Shown piece after piece: positions 28,896 to 38,125 of a DNA stretch of 64,000 nt. The stretch is taken from contig OZ240245.1 in assembly GCA_965198175.1 (NCBI GenBank), positions 704,001 to 768,000 on the forward strand, in the 5' to 3' direction. Source of the DNA: Candidatus Poribacteria bacterium. Lineage in GTDB: Bacteria; Poribacteria; WGA-4E; PCPOR2b. The translations under genes and the position numbers were made by a program. A model generated the notes under the pieces. That model was not told the origin of the DNA and did no database searches. It saw only the letters and a program-made list of their open reading frames with translations. The first letter of the stretch is position 1. Each line of letters starts with the position of its first letter.

Positions 28896-29303
28896 ATGGA
28901 CGGTACAGAAAAGATTGTAGAACACTTGAAGATGACTCAAGCCATTATTAACCGTTTAGCAAACAACTGTGTCTTGGTCAAAGGCTGGAGCATGACCATC
29001 ATTCTCGCCGCGATGGTTTTAATCACCAAACATGAAATACAAAGCCCATATTTTGTCCCGGTGCTCCTCATTCTTCCTGTTTGGATTCTGGACGGATATT
29101 TCCTCCGGCAGGAGAGGTTATTTCGACAAGTATATAACGAAATTAGGGTTAGATGCGACACCGATTTCAATATGGATGTCCAAAAACACAAAAATAAACC
29201 GAAATGCGGCAGAGTATCAACTTTCTTTTCCCTTACTCTTGTTATTTTCTACTCGGTAGAGATTGCCTTCATGGTCGGCGTATTTGTCATAATCCAAATG
29301 TAA
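28896..29303 (+). CDS. Small 3-TM membrane protein, putative defence effector
   Basis: EHLKMTQAIINRLANN...KGWS and WILDGYFLRQERLFRQVY, with three hydrophobic segments. Confidence 0.65.
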   Translation: MDGTEKIVEHLKMTQAIINRLANNCVLVKGWSMTIILAAMVLITKHEIQSPYFVPVLLILPVWILDGYFLRQERLFRQVYNEIRVRCDTDFNMDVQKHKNKPKCGRVSTFFSLTLVIFYSVEIAFMVGVFVIIQM

Positions 29304-29631
29304 AACTGCTGGACGGCATCATCTCAGTGTCGAGCGATACCCAGAGCGAACCACACAACGCCGAAAAGTAAGCTAAGCAATATAGGCTAACGCAGGCTAA
29401 TTACGTCACGGAACTGGGGAAGTGTCACTGACCACTGGCATCCAAGTCTGGGAGCGGATTGAACACCGCCTACGTCAATTTCAAATCGACAAATTCAGCC
29501 TTTAGCCCAAATAGCGAATCTCGCTTGCGATAGCCTGGAGTGCTAAACACCGATTCGCGACTCACTGGTAACCCAAAGGCGCCCCAACTGCTGTAAAAAT
29601 TGCGCAAGACATCTTGAGAAAGTAAGCAACA

Positions 29632-30426
29632 ATGGTTACCCAGACGAAGATAGAGTGGACAGAATCGACCTGGAATCCGGTACGCGGCTGCAGCCGCGTC
29701 TCCGAAGGCTGTCGTTACTGCTACGCCGAACGTATCGCCGCGCGATTTGCTCAAAAGGGTTTGGCGTATGAGGGCATTGCCAAAATGACGAAGGCTGGAC
29801 CGCGCTGGACCAATCGCATTCAACGTGTGCCCGATGTATTGGATCAGCCCTTAAAATGGAAAAAACCTCGCTTGATATTCGTTAACTCCATGAGCGATCT
29901 GTTCCATGAGGATGTGCCGCTAGAATACATTCAAGAGGTATTCGATGTTATGAGACGGGCTGACCGGCACCAATTTCAAGTCCTCACCAAACGTGCAGAA
30001 CGCCTTGCAGAATTGAGTCCTAAGTTGCGCTGGCAACCAAATGTGTGGATGGGGGTAAGTGTGGAAAGCACAGAATACACCTTCCGGACAGATTGTCTGC
30101 GAGAGACCGCAGCAGAAATCAAGTTCCTCTCATTGGAGCCTTTACTTGGCTCACTTGGTCAACTCAGATTAAATGGTATAGACTGGGTGATTGTCGGAGG
30201 CGAATCAGGTCCTAGTGCGAGACCCATGGAGGAAGCGTGGGTTGCTGAGATTCGAGATCAGTGCCGCGACGCTTCGGTCCCACTATTTGTCAAGCAAATG
30301 GGTACTGTTTGGGCGCGACAGCGTCCGCTGAACGATGTCAAGGTCCGGAGTCGAGGGCGAAAAGGTGATAACATATCCGAATGGCCCGCAGATCTACGAA
30401 TACGTGACTACCCGAAATGGAGTTAG
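29632..30426 (+). CDS. DUF5131 (phage Gp37/Gp68) radical-SAM-like protein
   Basis: TKIEWTESTWNPVRGC-x6-C-x2-CYA, FVNSMSDLFH, QVLTKR, FLSLEPLL, WVIVGGESG. Confidence 0.92.
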   Translation: MVTQTKIEWTESTWNPVRGCSRVSEGCRYCYAERIAARFAQKGLAYEGIAKMTKAGPRWTNRIQRVPDVLDQPLKWKKPRLIFVNSMSDLFHEDVPLEYIQEVFDVMRRADRHQFQVLTKRAERLAELSPKLRWQPNVWMGVSVESTEYTFRTDCLRETAAEIKFLSLEPLLGSLGQLRLNGIDWVIVGGESGPSARPMEEAWVAEIRDQCRDASVPLFVKQMGTVWARQRPLNDVKVRSRGRKGDNISEWPADLRIRDYPKWS

Positions 30427-30629
30427 GGGTTTTGTGGCAGAGCCGCCCCCGCGGAAAGCAGGAGGTTTGAAAAGGGGTCAGGTAGTTGCCGACAACTCGA
30501 TTCCCAACTTAATGTGTGTATGATATACTTAACAGAATGAGTTAGAGAATCTTAGGAGCACAAAATCCAACTCTAGCTGGACAACTCAACGACGAAATTT
30601 GATTCTCAGACGCATCGGGAGTTACCGTC

Positions 30630-31781
30630 ATGATTACCAATCACCTCATCGCGAAAAACTGGCGTAATTTTCAACAGATTGATGTTCATCTTAGCGAACG
30701 TCAATTCATCGTAGGTGCGAATGCGTCTGGGAAATCCAACCTCCTCGACATTTTTCGCTTCCTTCGAGATATCGTAAAAGCAGAGGGAGGCGGCTTTCAG
30801 AAAGCTGTCAAGGACCGGGGCGGGCTCTCCAAAGTCCGTAGCTTGGCAGCGCGGCGCGATCCTGAGGTTACAATTGAAATACACCTTGCGGAGGATTCGG
30901 ACTCTCCTGCAACTTGGAAATATGGACTCGGATTTCGCCAAGAAACTCGCGGATATCGCCGGACTTATCTCACTTATGAGCGCGTGTGGAAAAACGGCGA
31001 CCAAATCATTAGTAGACCAAATGAAAAAGACGAGGCGGATCGCGACCGACTCACCCAGACTTTTCTTGAACAGATTAATGTCAATGCCGATTTTCGGGAG
31101 ATAGCGCGTTTCCTCCAAGCAATCAGATACCAGCATTTGGTTCCTCAACTATTGCGGTTTTCCAACTCGATTCAGGGAAGAATCGTTGAAGATGATCCGT
31201 TTGGGCAGGGGTTTCTTGAAAGGGTTGCTAGTGTCCCGGAAAAAACTCGCCGTACGCGATTGAAAAGAATTGAACAAGCCCTGAATTTTGCTGTGCCTCA
31301 ACTTGAGCAATTGGAATTTATTCGAGATGAAAATACCGGTCGCCCACATTTGCAAGCGCTCTATTCCCACTGGCGTCCAAAGGCAGGTTGGCAACGCGAA
31401 GATCAGTTTTCTGACGGAACGCTGCGCCTAATAGGACTACTCTGGACTCTTCTTGAGAGTGAGTCAATTCTCCTATTGGAGGAGCCAGAGCTTTCGTTAA
31501 ACGCCGGCATTGTGGCACACATCGCCTCTCTAATATCTAAGATGCAGAGAAGGAAACGGCGACAGGTCTTTGTGAGTACACACAGCGATGCCTTACTGAC
31601 CGAACAGGGAATTGATGGCACGGAGGTGCTTTTGCTCACGCCTGCCAAGGAAGGCACAGAGGTCAAAAGAGCCTCCGAAATCTCTGAGGTAGAGTCACTA
31701 CTGAAGAATGGACTGACAGTCGCTGAAGCTGTGCTTTCAAGAACCAAACCTGATCATCTCGAGCAGTTGAGTTTACTATAA
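30630..31781 (+). CDS. AAA_21/ABC-type ATPase (COG4637-like)
   Basis: Walker A GANASGKS, signature FSDGT, Walker B LLLEEPE, STHS. Confidence 0.9.
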   Translation: MITNHLIAKNWRNFQQIDVHLSERQFIVGANASGKSNLLDIFRFLRDIVKAEGGGFQKAVKDRGGLSKVRSLAARRDPEVTIEIHLAEDSDSPATWKYGLGFRQETRGYRRTYLTYERVWKNGDQIISRPNEKDEADRDRLTQTFLEQINVNADFREIARFLQAIRYQHLVPQLLRFSNSIQGRIVEDDPFGQGFLERVASVPEKTRRTRLKRIEQALNFAVPQLEQLEFIRDENTGRPHLQALYSHWRPKAGWQREDQFSDGTLRLIGLLWTLLESESILLLEEPELSLNAGIVAHIASLISKMQRRKRRQVFVSTHSDALLTEQGIDGTEVLLLTPAKEGTEVKRASEISEVESLLKNGLTVAEAVLSRTKPDHLEQLSLL

Positions 31782-32386
31782 TGAGCCTGAACAGCGTAAT
31801 CCTGGCAGTTGAGGATAGTCTGAGCGATGCGGTTTCGACTAAAATTCTCAAGCATTTCGGCATCGAAATTTTGCTACGAATCCCAAACACTTATCAAGGC
31901 AAGTCCTACCTTCAGCGGCGAGCTGCCGAACTCAATCGATCAGCGGTGGGACCGCTTTATGTGTTTATGTTCACAGACCTAGATTCCCCGCAGACCTGTG
32001 TCCCGGAACTGATTCAATCTTGGGTGAAAGCACCTCTCAATCCTGGTTTTTTCCTTCGCGTGGCGGTGATGGAAATCGAATCGTGGATTATGGCGGATCG
32101 GGGTGCTTTAGCGGCATTCTTATCAATACCAGTAAATCGAATTCCTAGCACCCCAGATAATATTCTTCAACCCAAAGAATTCCTAGTGTCGCTTGCACGA
32201 AAGAGCAGAAAGAAAAGCTTGAGAGACCAGCTCGTTCCGAGGAAAGGGGCGGCGACCACAAAGGTTGGACCTGAATATAACAACTGTATTGGCGAATTTG
32301 TGCGAGTCCATTGGGATTTAGAACGCGCCGCGGTTGTATCGCCAAGTCTGAAGAGAACATTGAATCGCATCCGCAGTGCAAAATGA
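31781..32386 (+). CDS. DUF4276/TOPRIM-like protein coupled to the ATPase
   Basis: 1-nt overlap with the ATPase stop; AVED, TDLD, EIESWIMAD and SPSL motifs. Confidence 0.75.
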   Translation: MSLNSVILAVEDSLSDAVSTKILKHFGIEILLRIPNTYQGKSYLQRRAAELNRSAVGPLYVFMFTDLDSPQTCVPELIQSWVKAPLNPGFFLRVAVMEIESWIMADRGALAAFLSIPVNRIPSTPDNILQPKEFLVSLARKSRKKSLRDQLVPRKGAATTKVGPEYNNCIGEFVRVHWDLERAAVVSPSLKRTLNRIRSAK

Positions 32387-32447
32387 GCTTCCAATACCTT
32401 GAAGTCGCGCAATGATCGCACGTTCTAAAAAGATGTAGGATGACTCC

Positions 32448-35400
32448 ATGCCGCACGACATCATTGACAACCGCAGCGAAAAGTTGGTTGAACACATCAA
32501 CCTCCTCCTTGATTCCACAGAGAAGGCAAGGTTCGCGGTCGGATACTTTTTCCTCTCGGGCTTCCAGAGCATTGTTGACGAGCTCCAAGGAGTCCAAGAG
32601 CTGCGTCTTCTGATTGGTAACACCACGAATCTGAACACGCTAGAGCAACTTGCCGAGGGGCATCGCAGGTTGGAACAGGTTGTCGAGATTGCGGAAGCGC
32701 AGCTCTACGTTAAACGTGCAGACGCAAGGCAAATGGGAGTTGACACCGCAGAAAACATCAGCCAATCCGTGGAATTCATGGATCAGACTGACGAAGCCGA
32801 AGCCCTGATAAAGTCGCTTGCTCAGATTATTCTTGAGAAGCGCGTTCTGGTTAGAGTTTATACGAAAGGACGGTTGCACGCAAAAGCCTACATCTTCGAC
32901 TATCGTGAAGATGGGCGGTACGAGAAGGGTGCCGCCATCATAGGGTCGTCCAACCTCACATTATCAGGTCTAAGCCACAACACCGAGCTCAATGTTGTTG
33001 TGCAGGGAGCTGCGAACCACGCCGAGCTTTGTCGCTGGTTCGACAAACTGTGGGACGAAGCTGAAGAATTCGATGAATCTCTAATGGAGGTGATGAAAGC
33101 CTCATGGGGGTTCGCACTCGTCAAGCCCTACGACATCTACATGAAGACGCTGTACGAATTGGTAAAAGACCGACTAGAAGGCGGCGATGACCGCGAGATT
33201 CTCTGGGAGGATGACATTACCAGACAGTTGGCGGATTTTCAGAAGGTCGCTGTCCGACAAGCAGTTCAGATGATTCGAGACAACGGCGGCGTCTTTGTTT
33301 CAGATGTCGTGGGGCTCGGAAAGAGCTACGTCGGCGCGGCGATCATCAAGCACTTTGAATGGACTGAGCATGCGCGTCCGCTGATTATCTGTCCCGCGCC
33401 GCTGGTCAACATGTGGGAACGCTACAATGAGGTCTATCACCTCAACGCCCGCGTGCTTTCTATGGGAAAGTTGCGTGAGAGAGTCAGCGAAGACCTTGAG
33501 GACATAGATGGAGTGCCCTCCTCAATATTTGACGATGTCAGATACCGTGACCGCAATTTCGTGCTCATCGACGAAAGTCACAACTTCCGCCACTCCGATA
33601 CGCAACGCTATAAAGTTCTCCAGTCGTTCTTGGCAACCGGACGACGCTGCTGTTTTCTCACCGCGACCCCGCGCAACAAAAGCGCCTGGGACGTGTTCCA
33701 TCAAATTAAACTCTTCCACCCCGACGACATCACCGACTTGCCAATCGACCCGCCCGATCTGCGGGAGTATTTTCGTAAGATTGAGAAGGGTGAACGAAGA
33801 CTCCCCGATCTGTTGGGAAATATTCTGATTCGACGCACCCGTAATCACATCCTGCGCTGGTACGGTTTCGATGCTGAGACCGAAAAACCTGTCGATCCGT
33901 CCAGATTCCAGCAGTACCTAAACGGCAGTCGAAATGCTTACGTCCTTGTCGGTGGAAAAAAGCAGTTCTTTCCTAAGCGTTCCTTAGAAACCGTATCCTA
34001 CAGCATTGAGGACACATACCGGGGACTCTATCATGAGTTACGCGGTTACTTGGGGAAGCCGCGCGGGAAAGACTCGGCTTCACTCGCGGCTGGACAGCTT
34101 ACCTATGCGCGTTACGGGCTCTGGAACTATGTGATTGAGTCGAAACAGAAGCAGGAACCGTATTCTGACCTGCAGCGCTCGGGGGCAAACCTTCGCGGGT
34201 TGATGCGGATACTCCTGTTCAAACGTTTCGAATCCAGCGTCCACGCCTTCAGGCAGTCGATACGGAGGCTGCTTAATCTGCACCAGCGATTCGCGGAAGC
34301 GCTCGAAAGCGGAATTGTCCCCGCTGGGGACGAGGCGCAAGCGATTCTCTACGAGCCTTCAGCAGCGGAAGAGCAAGAACTAATGGATGCCTTGGCAGCG
34401 GTATCCGGGCGATATAAGGTAGACGATTTCAATGTCGATCTACTTCAGGAACACCTGTCCAACGACATAGCGCTGTTGCAGAAAACCTTGAGTCTTGTCG
34501 AACCCATTACCCCCGACCAAGACGCGAAGCTGCAATCGCTGCTTGACCGACTGGGACAACCTCCGCTTCAAGACGGGAAATGCCTTATCTTCACGCAATA
34601 TGCGGATACGGCGCGTTATCTTCATGAGAATCTCAACCCTAACGACCTGCGAGACGATATTGATGTCATTTATAGTGGGGACAAAAGCAAAGAGCGGGCG
34701 GTGGGGCGGTTTGCGCCGAAAGCCAATCCTGAGTACCAATTTCAGCGCGGCGAATCGGAGCTGTCCACACTCATCGCCACCGATGTGCTGGCAGAAGGAT
34801 TGAACCTTCAGGATGGGAACAAGATTGTCAATTACGATCTCCACTGGAATCCGGTGCGGCTCATCCAGCGGTTCGGCCGTATTGACCGGATTGGGAGCGA
34901 GCACGATGTGATTTACGGGTTCAACTTTCTGCCAGAAACCGGAATCGAGCGGAATTTGGGGTTGCGGGAGATACTCCGATCCCGCATTCAGGAGATTCAC
35001 GACTCCATCGGCGAGGACGCAGCAATTCTTGACGAATCGGAGCAACTCAACGAAACCGCAATGTACGCCATCTATGAAGGGCAGGGCGACCAGTTAAGTC
35101 TGTTCGATGACGATAAAGAGTTGATGGATCTTAACGAGGCGGAAGAGTTGCTGCGACAGTTGCAGCGCGATGACCCGGGTGAATTTGAACGTATCGCGAA
35201 CCTTCGAGACGGAGTCCGCGCCGCGGTGCCCAGAGATTCAAAGGGCACCTATCTCTTTTGTCAGGCAGGACGATATCAGCAACTCTTCCTTTTGAACGAG
35301 ACGGGCGAGATTGTCTCTAGAGACATCCCTCAAATCCTCACCACTATCAAGTGCGATCCCGACCTGCTTGGTGACAAGTTACCCACGGACTACAACGCAA

Positions 35401-35777
35401 CGGTCATGAGCACAAAACGGCTATTCGCCCGAGAGGTCCGAGTTCGACAATCCGAACGGCAGCACAGACTTTCGCTGACGCAAGCGCAACGGTATGTGCT
35501 CCGTGAGCTGCAACTTATCTTCGTGGAGGCGAGCGACGAGGACCTTCAAGCGCAAATCAACCTGTTGGAGAGAGCGTTCCGCAGCTCCATTACCGACGCC
35601 CTAAACAGAGAGCTTAATCTGCTGCGCCGAAACGGCGTGACCGGAACCGCGCTGCTCAGGAATTTGAGCCAACTCTACCGCCAACACAATATGAGGGAGT
35701 GGAACACGAGACAGCAGGGCACCCAGTCCCAAAACGAAGACCTACCGAGGATTATCTGCAGCGCCGCGCTGGTCTAA
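32448..35777 (+). CDS. PLD-nuclease domain fused to an SNF2-like SF2 helicase/translocase
   Basis: AVGYF, LHAKAYIFD (HxKxxxxD) and GSSNLT...NTELN; DVVGLGKS, DESH, TATP, TDVLAEGLNLQ, QRFGRIDR. Confidence 0.92.
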   Translation: MPHDIIDNRSEKLVEHINLLLDSTEKARFAVGYFFLSGFQSIVDELQGVQELRLLIGNTTNLNTLEQLAEGHRRLEQVVEIAEAQLYVKRADARQMGVDTAENISQSVEFMDQTDEAEALIKSLAQIILEKRVLVRVYTKGRLHAKAYIFDYREDGRYEKGAAIIGSSNLTLSGLSHNTELNVVVQGAANHAELCRWFDKLWDEAEEFDESLMEVMKASWGFALVKPYDIYMKTLYELVKDRLEGGDDREILWEDDITRQLADFQKVAVRQAVQMIRDNGGVFVSDVVGLGKSYVGAAIIKHFEWTEHARPLIICPAPLVNMWERYNEVYHLNARVLSMGKLRERVSEDLEDIDGVPSSIFDDVRYRDRNFVLIDESHNFRHSDTQRYKVLQSFLATGRRCCFLTATPRNKSAWDVFHQIKLFHPDDITDLPIDPPDLREYFRKIEKGERRLPDLLGNILIRRTRNHILRWYGFDAETEKPVDPSRFQQYLNGSRNAYVLVGGKKQFFPKRSLETVSYSIEDTYRGLYHELRGYLGKPRGKDSASLAAGQLTYARYGLWNYVIESKQKQEPYSDLQRSGANLRGLMRILLFKRFESSVHAFRQSIRRLLNLHQRFAEALESGIVPAGDEAQAILYEPSAAEEQELMDALAAVSGRYKVDDFNVDLLQEHLSNDIALLQKTLSLVEPITPDQDAKLQSLLDRLGQPPLQDGKCLIFTQYADTARYLHENLNPNDLRDDIDVIYSGDKSKERAVGRFAPKANPEYQFQRGESELSTLIATDVLAEGLNLQDGNKIVNYDLHWNPVRLIQRFGRIDRIGSEHDVIYGFNFLPETGIERNLGLREILRSRIQEIHDSIGEDAAILDESEQLNETAMYAIYEGQGDQLSLFDDDKELMDLNEAEELLRQLQRDDPGEFERIANLRDGVRAAVPRDSKGTYLFCQAGRYQQLFLLNETGEIVSRDIPQILTTIKCDPDLLGDKLPTDYNATVMSTKRLFAREVRVRQSERQHRLSLTQAQRYVLRELQLIFVEASDEDLQAQINLLERAFRSSITDALNRELNLLRRNGVTGTALLRNLSQLYRQHNMREWNTRQQGTQSQNEDLPRIICSAALV

Positions 35778-35880
35778 TGGTCTCTCATTTTCAACGAGGT
35801 CCCTGCTAGCTCTTGCAACGGATGCGGTAGCCGCATGCCCAAGTGAATCGAATCCAGAGCATCTGGTGTGGACAGAGTTT

Positions 35881-37752
35881 CTACTCAAGGTCCCAGAGCA
35901 GGATTGTGCCGTCCATACTCCCACTCGCGAGCGTGGTGCCATCGGCTCTAAAGGTTACGCTTGTCACACCGCCCGTATGCCCCACGAGCGTTTTCCGAAG
36001 TTCGCCCGTGGTAACATCCCACAGTCGGATTGTGGCGTCCCAACTCCCGCTGGCGAGTGTTGAGCCGTCGGCGCTGAACGCAACACTGTTGACCGGCGCC
36101 GTATGTCCGGTGAGTGTTTTACCGAGTTCGCCCGTGGCAACATCCCACAATCGAACGGTGCCGTCCCTACTCTCACTGACGAGTGCAGTGCTATCGGCAC
36201 TGAACGCAATACTGGTAACAGCCTCAGTATGCCCGGCGAGCGTTTTTCGAAGTTCGCCCGTGGTAACATCCCACAGTCGGATTGTGGCGTCCCAACTCCC
36301 ACTGGCGAACGTTGAGCCATCGGCGCTGAACGCAATGCTATTGACCGGCGCCGTATGCCCAGTGAGCATTCTGCGAAACTGCCCAGTGGCAACACCCCAC
36401 AGGTAAATTGTGCCGTGCAAACTTCCGTCATTGGCGAGTGTTGAGCCGTCGGCGCTGAACGCAACACTATTGACATCGCCCGCATGACCCGTGATCGCTT
36501 TGCGTAGCTCTCCTGTGGTGGCATCCCACAAGTGGATGGTGCCGTCTTTACTTCCACTTGCGAGTAGCTGTCCATCAGCGCTAAACGCAACACAATCGAC
36601 CTCATCCGTATGTCCTGTGAGCATCTTTCGAGGTTCGCCTGTGGCGAGATCCCACAAGCGGAGGGCGGTGTCCCAACCTCCACTGGCAAGTGTTGTGCCA
36701 TCGGCGTTGAACACAACGCTCCAGACATCGCACGTATATCCTGTAAGCGTCACGCGCGGCTCTCCCGTGGCGAGATCCCACAGACGCACGGTGTCGTCCT
36801 TCCAACCCCCACCGCTGGCGAGTGTTGTGCCGTCGGCGCTGAACGCAACGCTACTGACATCGCCTGCATGGCCCTCAAGCGTTTTGCGGAGTTTCCTAGT
36901 GCTGGCATCCCACAGGCGGATGGTATTATCCCAACTCCCACTGGCGAGTGTTGTGCCATCGGCGCTGTATGCAAGGCTAGTGACGGCATCCGTATGTCCC
37001 TTGAGTGTTTTGCGCAGCTTGCCCGTGGCAACGCTCCACAGACGGATGGTATTATCTTTCCAACCCCCACCGCTGGCGAGTGTCCTGCCATTAACACTGA
37101 ACACAACGCTCCTTACGCCGCCAGTATGCCTCGTGAGCCTTTTGCGCAGCTTTCCAGTGGGGACATTCCACAGCATAATTGTGCCGTCCGAACTCCCACT
37201 AGCGAGCGTTCTGCCATTGCTGCTGAATGCAATGCTATAGATGTCAGACTCATGTCCCTCAAGTGTTTTGCGCAGTGCTCCCGTAGCGGCATTCCATAGA
37301 CGAATTGTGTTGTCCTCCCAACCGCCGCCACTGGCGAGCGTTGTGCCATCGGCGTTGAACACAACGCTCCTGACATCGGAGGTATGTCCCTTGAGTGTTT
37401 TGCGGGACTCACCCGTGACCGCATCCCACAAGTGGATGGTGCCGTCCGAACTCCCACTTGCGAGCGTCCCTCCATCGGGACTGTACGCAACGCTGTTGAC
37501 CCAAGTATGTCCGGTTAACAGGGCAGTCTCTTGATAAGTCTGTGCATCATAAAGCCAAATTCCGATACTACTAGCGACCGCCAGTTGGCTGCTGTCCGGA
37601 GAAAACTCAACATCAGTTATTGAGCCTCTACCGAGACGTGCTTTCGCACCTTCGGGCAAACCCCAACGAGTGAAATCTTGGGCGGGCGCATGAGGTAGAA
37701 AAAGAATAGTGACTAACAACAGAGTGAACCCGAAAAACAAGGTCTTTTTCAT
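35881..37752 (-). CDS. Secreted WD40-repeat protein (14 repeats)
   Basis: Signal peptide, WGLPEGAKARLG leader, 14 GH...SVAFS.DG.TLASGS.D.TIRLWD repeats. Confidence 0.95.
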   Translation of the reverse strand: MKKTLFFGFTLLLVTILFLPHAPAQDFTRWGLPEGAKARLGRGSITDVEFSPDSSQLAVASSIGIWLYDAQTYQETALLTGHTWVNSVAYSPDGGTLASGSSDGTIHLWDAVTGESRKTLKGHTSDVRSVVFNADGTTLASGGGWEDNTIRLWNAATGALRKTLEGHESDIYSIAFSSNGRTLASGSSDGTIMLWNVPTGKLRKRLTRHTGGVRSVVFSVNGRTLASGGGWKDNTIRLWSVATGKLRKTLKGHTDAVTSLAYSADGTTLASGSWDNTIRLWDASTRKLRKTLEGHAGDVSSVAFSADGTTLASGGGWKDDTVRLWDLATGEPRVTLTGYTCDVWSVVFNADGTTLASGGWDTALRLWDLATGEPRKMLTGHTDEVDCVAFSADGQLLASGSKDGTIHLWDATTGELRKAITGHAGDVNSVAFSADGSTLANDGSLHGTIYLWGVATGQFRRMLTGHTAPVNSIAFSADGSTFASGSWDATIRLWDVTTGELRKTLAGHTEAVTSIAFSADSTALVSESRDGTVRLWDVATGELGKTLTGHTAPVNSVAFSADGSTLASGSWDATIRLWDVTTGELRKTLVGHTGGVTSVTFRADGTTLASGSMDGTILLWDLE

Positions 37753-38125
37753 CTAATCTTATTGATATGCCTCCGAAATTGCATAAGGAGAAACCGGTCG
37801 GTATCTTAATTGTAACGCTTTTCTCTCTGTGTGACAAGCTTTTATGAAAGTGTTGCCTTTCTCATACAGCGTTTTCGCAGGTGTATCGGTGAAATCTCCA
37901 TCAGAGAAGCTATTTCAAATATACGGATAATTTCCGAGAGGATGATTGATATAATTGACTGTGTATGATACAATCTATTCTCTGTAGGTAACCGAGGCTG
38001 TCGGACGGTTCGGTTGTGGAGTGCTGCACGGCGAGATCGCGCGGAACACCTACTCACATAACGAAGTGAATGTATCCGTAGATTCTGTTGACTTTTACTA
38101 ATCTACTTAGAAGGGACAAGAGGTT

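Noticed and set aside
29310..29620. Possible gene remnant between the TM gene and DUF5131
   Set aside because: Only short open stretches with no recognisable motif.
35986..36357. Diversity-generating retroelement TR/VR pair
   Set aside because: Both repeats lie in frame inside one gene, differences are not adenine-specific, and there is no reverse transcriptase in the window.
35843..37534. Long overlapping ORFs on other frames of the WD40 gene
   Set aside because: Shadow ORFs produced by the repetitive coding sequence; no RBS or family motifs.
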